Shown here in pieces: positions 45,439-56,769 of a stretch of DNA of 64,000 bases. Position numbers and translations under genes: made by a program. The stretch spans positions 320,199 to 384,198 of the forward strand of contig JALRHH010000002.1 of NCBI GenBank assembly GCA_023253175.1, written 5' to 3'. This DNA comes from Candidatus Saccharimonadia bacterium (GTDB lineage Bacteria > Patescibacteriota > Saccharimonadia > Saccharimonadales > JALRHH01). Under the pieces are notes generated by a model that saw nothing but the letters and a program-made list of their open reading frames with translations, made no database searches and was not told the DNA's origin. How positions within the stretch are numbered: the stretch's first letter is position 1; each line of letters starts with the position of its first letter.

Positions 45439-45441
45439 GTC

Positions 45442-45636
45442 CTATTTTCCAATCTTCGCTTTGACGTTCTTAGCCATCTTGCCAACGATACCGCCAGATA
45501 CGGCGTAGCGGCGCTTGCGTGCTGCTGACTTCTTGGCAAGAAGGTGGTTGCTGCCGGCGTGGCCGTGCATAACCTTACCATTCTTGGTGACGCGGATACG
45601 GTCTTTCGTTCCGCTATGATTCTTTAGTTTTGGCAT
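45442..45636 (-). CDS. rpmI: 50S ribosomal protein L35
   Basis: MPKLKNHSGTKDRIRVTKNGKV...HLLAKKS. Confidence 0.95.
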   Translation of the reverse strand: MPKLKNHSGTKDRIRVTKNGKVMHGHAGSNHLLAKKSAARKRRYAVSGGIVGKMAKNVKAKIGK

Positions 45637-46144
45637 TCGTGTTACTCCTTATAACAAAACTTAGCTGTTTGCCTGATAGTTGAGGTTTCTGGTCGACGAT
45701 GATCGTCTCACCGAAGCTCTCGATAACCTTATCGGCTAACTTAAATCCTAGATCTTTGTGTGCGTTTTCGCGTCCACGATAGAACACGGTTAGCTTAACT
45801 TTGTGGCCAGCATCTAGGAACTTGGTCACTTTGCCGAGCTTGACCCCAAGGTCATGCTCGCCGATCTTCATCCCAAAGCGCATCTGCTTTACCTCAAGGG
45901 CTTTTGCATTCATACGGCTTTTTGATTGCTGCTTTGTCTTCTGGTAGTTGTATTTACCCCAATCGACAATTTTGCAAACAGGTGGATCAGCGTTCGGCGA
46001 CACTTCTACCAGGTCAAGTCCACGTTCTGCTGCAAGATCTAACGCCTCTCGTTTTGACAGCACGCCAAGCTGGCTTCCGTCTTCATCGATAACACGTACG
46101 TTTGCTGCTCGAATTGCCCCATTCAAGCGTGTGGTCTGACTGAT
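45614..46144 (-). CDS. infC: Translation initiation factor IF-3 (probable ATC start)
   Basis: IRA..VRVID..G.QLG, DLVEVSPNADPPVCKI; SD AGGAG 7 nt before an in-frame ATC at 46144. Confidence 0.95.
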   Translation of the reverse strand: MSQTTRLNGAIRAANVRVIDEDGSQLGVLSKREALDLAAERGLDLVEVSPNADPPVCKIVDWGKYNYQKTKQQSKSRMNAKALEVKQMRFGMKIGEHDLGVKLGKVTKFLDAGHKVKLTVFYRGRENAHKDLGFKLADKVIESFGETIIVDQKPQLSGKQLSFVIRSNTNAKTKES

Positions 46145-46231
46145 ATTAGTGCTCCTATGCGTTGTTAATAGCTAATCTCGGAAATTGTAACAGATTACAC
46201 AACAGAGGTCAACTATTTGGCTGCCATTGTT

Positions 46232-47749
46232 CTACACACTGGTGGTTTGGCGGCGGTATTGGAGGGCTTCGGTGATGTGCGGTAGTTCTATGGTTTTGGA
46301 ATCATCTAGATCTGCAATTGTTCGGGCGACTTTGACGATTCGCATATAGGCCCGGGCAGAGATGTTGAGTTTGGCACTTGCCGTATCAAGTAGTTGCTTG
46401 GCGGCAGGGGATAATCCGGCCAAGGATTTAAGCTGTTTGTTATTGAGTGCTGAATTGACGAGCATTGGGTCACCATGGCGTTGTTTCTGTAAGTTCCTGG
46501 CCCGAAGCACTCGTTCTCTGATCTTGGCGCTTGGCTCAGCCTTGCTATCCTGCATTAGTGAGGCGTGCTCGACCTCATCAACGTCGACATAAAGATCAAT
46601 ACGGTCCAGGATTGGTCCAGATAATTTCTTCTGGTACCGAATGATATCGGTTGGCGTGCAGCTGCAGGCTTTTGTGCTGCCGTAATAACCACAAGGACAC
46701 GGGTTGGCGGTGGCGATCAGCATAAAATGTGCAGGGAAGACTAAGGTATCCTTGGCTCTGGCTACCGTAATGATTTTGTCTTCGAGTGGCTGCCTCAGCG
46801 CCTCAAGTGTGTGGCGTGAATATTCTGGTAGCTCGTCGAATAAGAGGATTCCGCGGTGACTGAGGCTAATTTCGCCTGGTCTTGGATGTTGTCCGCCGCC
46901 GAGGATCGATACCTCACTGGCAGTATGATGTGGTGATCGGAATGGCCTGTCATATATGACTTGGTCGTACTGCCTGCTGGCGAGGCTGTGAAGATGTGTT
47001 ACTTCTAGTATCTCTTCGAGTTCGAGTGGTGGTAGGATCGAGGACATGGCCTTGGCGAGCATGCTTTTGCCGGTTCCGGGCGGTCCGCTTAGGAGGCTGT
47101 TATGTCCACCTGCGGCGGCGATCTCAAGGGCTCGCTTAGCTCTGGCCTGGCCAACGACTTCGCCGAAATCATGATTACTTATGTTGGTTTCGCGCCTACT
47201 GTCACGAGCGCTGCCGCTCTGCACTGGGCTAATAGGTGTCGTGCCGCTTGCGTGCATATAGAAGCCCCGAAGTGACGATACTGGCATCAGCTCTATCCCT
47301 GGGACGAGGTTCGCCTGTGTCATGTTGTCTTGGGGGATAAAGAATTTTGTATATCCAAGAGAGCGGGCGGCCAGTAACTTTCCAATAATACCTCTAACTG
47401 GGCGTACTGAACCGTCGAGGCCGAGCTCGCCAATAACGATTGCATCATCAAGGCCAACTGGCTTTATTTGATTACTTGCGAGTAGTATTACCGCTGCCAT
47501 GGCGAGGTCAAAACTGGTGCCATCTTTCGGTATATCGGCAGGTGCGAGGTTAAGGGTTATGCGCTTTTTCGGTAGATCCACCTTTGCCTCAGAGAAGGCG
47601 CTCCTGATGCGTTCTTTTGCTTCGTCGATGGCTCTGTTGCCAAATCCAACGACCGTGATATTCGGTAGTCCATTAGATATATGGCACTCGATATCAATTC
47701 GTGTACCCTGAAGTCCTGAGTCTATGATGGTAGAAACAGCGGCGCCCAT
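46232..47749 (-). CDS. comM: ComM/YifB Mg-chelatase-like AAA+ ATPase
   Basis: NLAPAD.PKDG..FDL, GPPGTGKSMLA, RPFRSPHH, PGEISLSHRG, NPCPCGY. Confidence 0.96.
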   Translation of the reverse strand: MGAAVSTIIDSGLQGTRIDIECHISNGLPNITVVGFGNRAIDEAKERIRSAFSEAKVDLPKKRITLNLAPADIPKDGTSFDLAMAAVILLASNQIKPVGLDDAIVIGELGLDGSVRPVRGIIGKLLAARSLGYTKFFIPQDNMTQANLVPGIELMPVSSLRGFYMHASGTTPISPVQSGSARDSRRETNISNHDFGEVVGQARAKRALEIAAAGGHNSLLSGPPGTGKSMLAKAMSSILPPLELEEILEVTHLHSLASRQYDQVIYDRPFRSPHHTASEVSILGGGQHPRPGEISLSHRGILLFDELPEYSRHTLEALRQPLEDKIITVARAKDTLVFPAHFMLIATANPCPCGYYGSTKACSCTPTDIIRYQKKLSGPILDRIDLYVDVDEVEHASLMQDSKAEPSAKIRERVLRARNLQKQRHGDPMLVNSALNNKQLKSLAGLSPAAKQLLDTASAKLNISARAYMRIVKVARTIADLDDSKTIELPHITEALQYRRQTTSV

Positions 47750-47800
47750 GCCTGATATTCTACAGCTAGTTAACTAAAAACAATAGCGGTAACATTATAT

Positions 47801-47980
47801 AAAAAACAGATGACCCGTGGGTAGGGTCATCTGTAGGATGTTTTTCTATGATTTTTGTTTAAGACTTTCTTGGTATTCGGTATCCCGTCGTCCCTATTAT
47901 AGTTGGGACAACGGTTTGCGAGAAACCGTTGTCACCAGAGAAGTCTTTTTGTTTTTGAGCACTTTTTTTGTTCGGTGCTA
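47801..47980 (-). ncRNA. Candidate ~180-nt small RNA A
   Basis: TTGACA-17-TATTAT (48014-47986); terminator ACAGATGACCC/GGGTCATCTGT plus U-tract; internal stems; no ORF. Confidence 0.55.
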
Positions 47981-48542
47981 CCCCTATAATAGGTAGCCAT
48001 AACCGTCTTGTCAACACTGATTTTCGGTAATTTATGGCTATTTTGTGGTACAGGGGTGGGGAAGTGATAACTAATGGGCGCTTACTAAGCTGATGGCGGC
48101 TCTGGTGTGTTCGGTTTGCGTAACGTTCTGGGAGCATTGCTATTGGGAAGGCTAAGCGCTTGGCTTACGGTGTGTAGATTTAGTAGTAAATTCGGCATAT
48201 ATATTCAGAAAAATGCTTTGTGATCCGTGGGCCCAGAAGCCTTCATATGGCCTTTATGGATCGTAATTTTAATCTTTGTGTATTCATTTTGAGGGTTGTT
48301 ATTTTGTATTTTCTAGGCCTGCATTTGACGATGGAGATGCCTCCCAACTGGCTATGTTAAGCGAAACGTATGTAGAATATTGTACATATAATGAAACAAA
48401 TAGTAATGGAATTATGTTGTTTATATATCAACAAATGTAAATCACGTTTGCAGATGTATTTTATCTAATTCAAGGTGTATCGTTGTTATGAATACAATGT
48501 ATTTTTATTGACATAGTGACTGATATTTGCTAGTATGTTTGT

Positions 48543-48723
48543 GTAAGCCAAAAACAAAAACTTACAAATCTACGGCATATGCCGATATCGCTCTCACTAT
48601 GAGAGCGGTCAGTCACAGCAAGCGACGATAAGCGCCCTAATAGTCTATTTTAAAGCGGCGGATTTATCGTCCTTGCACCACGTTTATTATCAACCGAGCA
48701 TCGTGTCCACAGCGATGCTTTTT
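48543..48723 (+). ncRNA. Candidate ~180-nt small RNA B
   Basis: TTGACA-17-TAGTAT (48508-48536); terminator AGCATCG/CGATGCT-TTTT; internal stems. Confidence 0.55.
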
Positions 48724-48826
48724 AATTTTTATAAGCTTTGCACACAAAATATTTCTGAGGCAGGGGATGGGCACTACGGCCATCGTTTTAGCTAATCTAT
48801 TAGCCAGTTCCTGTATACTTTAATTA

Positions 48827-49186
48827 ATGGATGCTTTACCGCTAAAACATAAATACACCAAAATTGGCGCAGTAATTGGTCTGTATCTATTCGGACCTGT
48901 CTTTTTCTCGCTGACGGATCCTAATGCCCTGCCACTTCCTTTATTAATATTGCCATTTATATGGTTGTTCGCTGCACTTTTTGTGACGGTGATACTTTTG
49001 CTGAAATATAAGACGAACGCTTCTGGTAAGCAGTCCAGAATTATTGCTTCGTTATTTGCTTCGTTGATTGTGCTACTGTGCGTCTTTCAGTCGATCCACC
49101 AGCTATCTGTTCGTGATGTGGCGATAAGTCTCGCGATTATTGGTATTGCTGCGCTATATCTCATGCGCGCAGACTTTATTAAATAA
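48827..49186 (+). CDS. Hypothetical 4-TM membrane protein
   Basis: Hydrophobic 119-aa ORF. Confidence 0.75.
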   Translation: MDALPLKHKYTKIGAVIGLYLFGPVFFSLTDPNALPLPLLILPFIWLFAALFVTVILLLKYKTNASGKQSRIIASLFASLIVLLCVFQSIHQLSVRDVAISLAIIGIAALYLMRADFIK

Positions 49187-49244
49187 TCCTGGAAGTCTAC
49201 TACTGTGAAAACACCATAGGTACTGATATACTTTAGATTAGATT

Positions 49245-49649
49245 ATGGAACACAAAGTTAGTAATGAACTGCCACCAATTCAAGGTGAGAGTATGCCAGG
49301 CCAGGATGTGTCGCAGGGTGAGGCCCTCCGTCCGGAGGTTGTAAGTGAGCAGCAAGCAGCGCAAGCCGTTGAGGCGCCCGCTGTTCAGGCTGTTCCGCCC
49401 CAGTATCAAGTTCCAGTGCCTCCTCAGCAGATAGCTCAAGATCCAGCTGCCCCTGGAGCGGCCCCATCAGGCCTGCCCGTTATAGCTGATGACGCTGATC
49501 TGATTGAAAAGGAGTGGGTCGAGAAGGCGAAGGAGATTGTGGCCCGCACAAGGCAAGATCCATATCTTCAAAACAAAGAGGTTGAGCGAATGAAAGCTGA
49601 TTATATGAAAAAAAGATATAACAAAGACATACGGGTAACGGAAGACTAG
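49245..49649 (+). CDS. Hypothetical protein (disordered N-terminus, helical C-terminus)
   Basis: Pro/Gln/Ala-rich, then DADLIEKEWVEKAK...DPY.QN...Y.KKRY. Confidence 0.8.
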   Translation: MEHKVSNELPPIQGESMPGQDVSQGEALRPEVVSEQQAAQAVEAPAVQAVPPQYQVPVPPQQIAQDPAAPGAAPSGLPVIADDADLIEKEWVEKAKEIVARTRQDPYLQNKEVERMKADYMKKRYNKDIRVTED

Positions 49650-49653
49650 CTAC

Positions 49654-52557
49654 GTGGCAACATTTCTCTTTATATTAATCGTATTCCTCGTATTGGTGCT
49701 GATCGCGGCACCAATTATCTTCTTGCAGGTCCGTAAGGTATTCCGTGAACAAAAGAACTTCGAGCGTGGCCTTAAGATGGTACCAATGCTTATTCATTTG
49801 CCGCCAATCAGCGAAGATATTGACGGTGGTGGCCGTGATGCCCGTGACATAACAGAGGAAAACATTTCTAAAGCGCAGGTGATGTATAGCATTATCGCCA
49901 GCACGGTAACAAAGGGTCGTAAGAGTAAATTCTACGGCCAGCGTCATTTCGCATTTGAGATCGTTGGTATTAAAGGTTTTGTATACTACTACGCTGCAGT
50001 CCCTGTATCTCTTGTTGAAATCGTGAAGCAAGCAGTCGTTAGTGCCTATCCCTCTGCCAGGTTAGAAGAGGTTACGGAACACAATATCTTTAGCCCGGTA
50101 GGAAAGATCAGCGGCACAATTGGTGGTGAACTGACACTTAAGAAAGACTTCGCATATCCAATTGCAACCTATCAGGAGCTAAAGCGAGATGCGATGTCGT
50201 CACTTCTTAATTCATTGGCTAACCTAGAGAAAGAGGATGGGGTCGGTATCCAGATTTTGATGCGTCCCGCGCACGAGGGCTGGACTAAAACCTCGACAGG
50301 AATTTCCAGCAAGAAGCGAAAAGGCAAAGAGAGTAAGGGCGCTAAGGCTGCTGCTGGATGGTGGGTTAAGCAGCTTGCGACGGCAGCCGTAAAACCGCCT
50401 GAAGACAAGGGCGGCGGTGGGGGCGACAGCGGCCCGCAACTATCAAGCCTAGAGCAATCTACGCTTGATGCAATTGATGATAAGACAAGGCACGCCGGAT
50501 TCGAGACAGTAATCCGCGTCGTGGCATCATCTAATATCTCTCAGCGCGCTGATGCGATTCTACGTAACGTTGTTGCGTCATTTGCCTTATTTGATGCACC
50601 TGGCAAAAACGGTTTTAAATACACTCCAGCAAAAGACATGGAGCGTTTCGTAACGTCGTATATACTGCGCTTCTTCCCGCAAGAGAATAATAAGAGCATT
50701 CTTAATAGTGTAGAACTCGCCACCTTATTCCACTTCCCAGATCAGCGGAGTATTCCGACCTCACAGCTCGAGCGTCAGGGCAGTAAGCAAACAGATGGAC
50801 CTCGCAACATCTCTGATGATGGTCTCTTGCTCGGCTATAACGTCTTCCGCGGCGTTAAAAAGCCGATTCGTTTGTCGTTAGAGGATCGTCGCCGACATCT
50901 GTATGTTGTTGGACAGACCGGTGTAGGTAAATCTGTATTCCTAGAGAATATGGCGTTCCAGGACATGATCGAGGGTAGGGGCTTTGCGTTCGTTGATCCG
51001 CACGGTGATACCGCAGAGACACTGCTTTCTTTGGTACCGCGTGAACGAACCGAAGACGTTATTTACTTCAGCCCAGCTGACATGGAATACCCAATGGGGC
51101 TCAACTTGTTCGAGTTTGACGACAAGACGCAGCAGGACTTCTTGATTCAGGAAGCAATTAACATGCTCTATAAACTCTACGACCCGCAGCGCCAAGGTAT
51201 TATTGGCCCTCGGTATGAGCACTGGTTCCGCATGGCTGCTAAAACCGTTATGGCAAATCCAGAGGGTGGTACGTTTATTGATATTCCGAAGGTATTTACT
51301 GACAGTAAATACGCCAAAGACCTCTTGGCTCACCTCGATGATCAGGTTGTGCTCGATTTCTGGAACAAGGAAATGGCCCAGACGAGTGATTACCACAAGT
51401 CAGAGGTGCTTGGATGGTTCGTATCAAAATTTGGCGCCTTCATGGCGAACGATATGATGCGTAATATTATTGGCCAGAGCAAGAGCTCATTCAGCCTTCG
51501 TGATGTGATGGATAATAAGAAGATCCTACTTGTTAACCTGAGTAAGGGTAGAACGGGTGAGCTTAACTCTAAGCTGCTTGGTATGATATTTGTCATGAAG
51601 TTCCAGGCGGCTGCGATGAGCCGTGCGAATATCCCTGAGTCGGAGCGTCAAGACTTCTGTCTGTATGTTGATGAGTTCCAGAACTTCTCTACGGACTCGT
51701 TTGCGACAATCCTGTCAGAGGCTCGAAAATTCCGCTTGAACCTTATCGTGGCCAACCAGTTTACCACGCAGCTTACAGATGAAATTCGTGATGCGGTGTT
51801 TGGTAACGTTGGTTCAATGGCATCATTCCGTGTCGGTGCTGATGCTGATGCTGATGCGCTCAGTAAGAAGTTCCAGCCAATCTTTGATCGTGATGACATC
51901 CTACGTGTGCCTAACTTTAATACCATTTCTCAGATCCTAGTTGGTGGTATTCCAACGCAGCCGTTTAGTATGGCAACCTTGCCTCCGCTCGGTAATCCAA
52001 ATCCAAAGCTTGGGCAGGCGCTGCGTCAGCTTTCTGCGGTTAAGTATGGTCGACCTAAGGCTACTGTTGAATCAGAGATATTTGGTCGTCTGGCTACCAA
52101 GGAAGAGCCTAAGCCTGCCTTTGGTAGCGGTAATCCATTTGGTGGTGGTGCAGCGCCAAGGCCAGGTGTAGCGGCTCCTGGGGCGCCTCGACCAGCTGCG
52201 GGGCCTGCTCCTGCTGCCGGTGGATCGTCATTCCTTGACGAATGGCTTGCTAAGCGAAAGGCCGCTCCTGCTGCCGGTGCTCAGCCATCACTTCCAGTGC
52301 AACCGAAGCCCGTTCCGAGTACACCTTCTGCACCTGTAAATCCTGTTCCTCAGCCTACTTCAGCAGCGCCTGCTGATCAGAACGCAAACATATCAAGTGG
52401 CGCTATCGAACAGCAAGAGGTTACGACCATCGCCCATGAGTTAAAGCAGCAGCTCAAACAGCCTGCTCCTGCTTCTCAGGTTCAGGACGCATCAGCACAG
52501 CAGAAGGATAAGGACACCATTCAAATTGATCAGGATGGTACGCTCCGTCTTAGGTAA
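49654..52557 (+). CDS. VirD4/VirB4-like (TraG/TrwB/HerA-type) secretion-associated ATPase
   Basis: RRHLYVVGQTGVGKS, VDPHGD, LYVDEFQNF, LSEARKF.L....ANQ, AVFGNVG; N-terminal TM; Pro/Ala-rich tail. Confidence 0.92.
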   Translation: MATFLFILIVFLVLVLIAAPIIFLQVRKVFREQKNFERGLKMVPMLIHLPPISEDIDGGGRDARDITEENISKAQVMYSIIASTVTKGRKSKFYGQRHFAFEIVGIKGFVYYYAAVPVSLVEIVKQAVVSAYPSARLEEVTEHNIFSPVGKISGTIGGELTLKKDFAYPIATYQELKRDAMSSLLNSLANLEKEDGVGIQILMRPAHEGWTKTSTGISSKKRKGKESKGAKAAAGWWVKQLATAAVKPPEDKGGGGGDSGPQLSSLEQSTLDAIDDKTRHAGFETVIRVVASSNISQRADAILRNVVASFALFDAPGKNGFKYTPAKDMERFVTSYILRFFPQENNKSILNSVELATLFHFPDQRSIPTSQLERQGSKQTDGPRNISDDGLLLGYNVFRGVKKPIRLSLEDRRRHLYVVGQTGVGKSVFLENMAFQDMIEGRGFAFVDPHGDTAETLLSLVPRERTEDVIYFSPADMEYPMGLNLFEFDDKTQQDFLIQEAINMLYKLYDPQRQGIIGPRYEHWFRMAAKTVMANPEGGTFIDIPKVFTDSKYAKDLLAHLDDQVVLDFWNKEMAQTSDYHKSEVLGWFVSKFGAFMANDMMRNIIGQSKSSFSLRDVMDNKKILLVNLSKGRTGELNSKLLGMIFVMKFQAAAMSRANIPESERQDFCLYVDEFQNFSTDSFATILSEARKFRLNLIVANQFTTQLTDEIRDAVFGNVGSMASFRVGADADADALSKKFQPIFDRDDILRVPNFNTISQILVGGIPTQPFSMATLPPLGNPNPKLGQALRQLSAVKYGRPKATVESEIFGRLATKEEPKPAFGSGNPFGGGAAPRPGVAAPGAPRPAAGPAPAAGGSSFLDEWLAKRKAAPAAGAQPSLPVQPKPVPSTPSAPVNPVPQPTSAAPADQNANISSGAIEQQEVTTIAHELKQQLKQPAPASQVQDASAQQKDKDTIQIDQDGTLRLR

Positions 52558-52565
52558 TAGGTTGG

Positions 52566-53126
52566 CTAGCGTTTGCGTCGAAGTGCTTTTACGAGAAGCT
52601 CGGCGAGTGCCCCGACAAAGAATCCGCCTATAAACAGCACAAAGAACACGGTGTAGTTATAAGTAAAGCCATTGTGTTTACTTATATATAAGAGTGCTGC
52701 GCTGCCTATGAAGGCGCCAATGCTTCCGCCAAGCAGTACACTGGGTCTTGCGACGGTCTTTGCTGCAGCGTTGCTAACGGCATCAACGACTGGCTGATGA
52801 ATAACCTTACTCATTACGCGTTCGGGTGCTTTCAAGCTGCCTTGTATATTCTTGACTGAGCGCTTGTAGGCATCGGCCTTGAGATGTTTAGGATGACCAA
52901 AGGTCTGCTGTGAGGATTCGGTTGTCTTGTCACCGACATTTAATTCTTTGCCGCTGATTGACTGCTGCTCAACACTTTTGCTGAGTGATTCGATATGCTT
53001 TTGAATCGGATCATTCTCGGCTGCTTCGGCCTTTTCGCGGAGCTTCTCTAGGTTCTTTTGAACTTCTGCCGAGGTATCAATACTTTGCAACTTCTCGCCG
53101 CCACTTGAAGATAATTTCTCACTCAT
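52566..53126 (-). CDS. Hypothetical membrane protein
   Basis: Soluble N-terminus, two C-terminal TMs. Confidence 0.8.
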   Translation of the reverse strand: MSEKLSSSGGEKLQSIDTSAEVQKNLEKLREKAEAAENDPIQKHIESLSKSVEQQSISGKELNVGDKTTESSQQTFGHPKHLKADAYKRSVKNIQGSLKAPERVMSKVIHQPVVDAVSNAAAKTVARPSVLLGGSIGAFIGSAALLYISKHNGFTYNYTVFFVLFIGGFFVGALAELLVKALRRKR

Positions 53127-53129
53127 AGT

Positions 53130-54611
53130 TTAGTAGCCTCCTGCGCTTGCAAAATCAGATCGTACAATATCGATTTCTTTAGCAAGCAGACGACTGCGGG
53201 CAAAGAAGTAAGCGACGACGACGGTCAGTGTGAATCCAACAGCAAGGGAAGTCCCTGGACCGGTGTTGGGCAGGGTAGTCGTAGCAATTTCAACTTGCTT
53301 GCTGACACTCGGCGGGAGCTTAATATTCACAGTGTTACCATAAACGTTTGTCATCATCATGTCATAGTGCATTGGATCGGTTGCTGATGCCGGGGTGTTT
53401 GGTAATACGTCTTTGATTTTCACGGTAATCTTGTTGGTAATGGTCTGGCCTTTTTTGATGTCAGTTTTAGCCCACGTTACGATGTCATACTGGCCTTTGG
53501 TTCCACCGTGTAGGTCAACGATGTCCGCGTAATCTAGCACATCGCCAAGTGGTTCGTTAACCTGGTATCCCTTGATCGTAATCTCGCCGCCATTTGTAGT
53601 GGTAAGGGTGTATTCAATTACATCGCCAGGCTCGGCGGTTGTGCCATCGGCATTTGCGATGTTTTGGGTGACGTTTCGGGCTGTTTTCTTATAGCCAAGA
53701 CAGGCGGTGAGGTCATCATTTGTCTGGGCTGCTTCACAGGCCTTACATTCATCCTCGCTGTTTTGCGTACCAGGCTTGTCTGGGCACACATCACAATCTT
53801 TCTTGTCTGTCTGGATGCCACTGCGGTTCGGGCAGACGTCACAGTCTAGGGTAGATGTTTGGGTGCCTGTTTTATTTGGGCACACATCACAGGTGGCAGT
53901 TTTCTGAATACCGGTCTTATTTGGACAGAGGTCACAACTCTTTTCGTCCTTCTGTACGCCTGGCTTATTTGGGCAGACGTCACAATCTTCTGGCTTGGTC
54001 TGTGTTCCAGGGATATTGTCACAGACGTCGAGCTGTCGAGCTGGTGGTGGGGTAGGTATACCAATCGATACCAGGTTGCCACAACCAAATAGGATGTACT
54101 GTGTCTGACCTCTACTATCTTTAACTTTTAGTGCCTTGTAAGATGGCTCGTGGTTAAGGCTCCAGAAGTGGCGAACAAACAATGTGCCGACGCCTGGTAC
54201 ACGGACCGGTGTTTCTCCTTTGACGCCGAATGCTTGACGTCCCATAGAGTAGAGCCGGCCGTTATGATCACGTGGTTTGATTGAAGTAACCTCTGCATCG
54301 GAGATGCTTTCACAGGTAATGCCAAAGTGATTCATGATTTGTTTGAAGTCTTGGGTATTTTTGCGGCAGTGATTAACAGCCTCGGCTTTAGTGCTGAATC
54401 CTCCATTGATAAGATCCGTGTTTGGGCTCGCCTGGAGCGAGGACTGGGGAGGGGATATAACGGCAAACATTTGAATCACCATCGCGAGTGCAAGCAGGAT
54501 AAAGCCGCTGCGGCGGATGGCTGTTTCGCGGTGCAGGCGCTGCGAATAGAAAGAAACCTGTCCGATAAGACTAGGGTTGAAGGGGAGATTGCTGAGTAGT
54601 TTTTTGTACAT
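53130..54611 (-). CDS. Surface protein with Cys repeats, DUF11-like domain and LPxTG-like anchor
   Basis: ~6x (C)DVCPxxxGxQ repeats; AEPGDVIEYTLT..N; LPNTG plus TM plus RSR. Confidence 0.85.
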   Translation of the reverse strand: MYKKLLSNLPFNPSLIGQVSFYSQRLHRETAIRRSGFILLALAMVIQMFAVISPPQSSLQASPNTDLINGGFSTKAEAVNHCRKNTQDFKQIMNHFGITCESISDAEVTSIKPRDHNGRLYSMGRQAFGVKGETPVRVPGVGTLFVRHFWSLNHEPSYKALKVKDSRGQTQYILFGCGNLVSIGIPTPPPARQLDVCDNIPGTQTKPEDCDVCPNKPGVQKDEKSCDLCPNKTGIQKTATCDVCPNKTGTQTSTLDCDVCPNRSGIQTDKKDCDVCPDKPGTQNSEDECKACEAAQTNDDLTACLGYKKTARNVTQNIANADGTTAEPGDVIEYTLTTTNGGEITIKGYQVNEPLGDVLDYADIVDLHGGTKGQYDIVTWAKTDIKKGQTITNKITVKIKDVLPNTPASATDPMHYDMMMTNVYGNTVNIKLPPSVSKQVEIATTTLPNTGPGTSLAVGFTLTVVVAYFFARSRLLAKEIDIVRSDFASAGGY

Positions 54612-54779
54612 TTTGATGGTGCTTTTTATATATGGTAATGCTTACTTATATTGAACCATAAAATACAACAACAGTTCAATAGGGAAAACTTATTTTTCTT
54701 AAGAAGGGTGACCGGTGTTAAATGCTTGTAGCCTCGCATAAAACTGTTTATAATAGCCCTTAAGTGTGGCAAAAGCTAA

Positions 54780-56768
<1,989 letters not shown>

Positions 56769-56769
56769 G

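Noticed and set aside
48020..48500. AT-rich stretch as oriC or dif
   Set aside because: I found no cluster of TTATCCACA boxes and no convincing XerC/XerD dif half-site pair, and dnaA is not adjacent.
53720..54030. Periodic DNA repeats as a CRISPR array
   Set aside because: They are degenerate in-frame coding repeats (CDVCPN..G.Q) of a surface protein; no cas genes are present.
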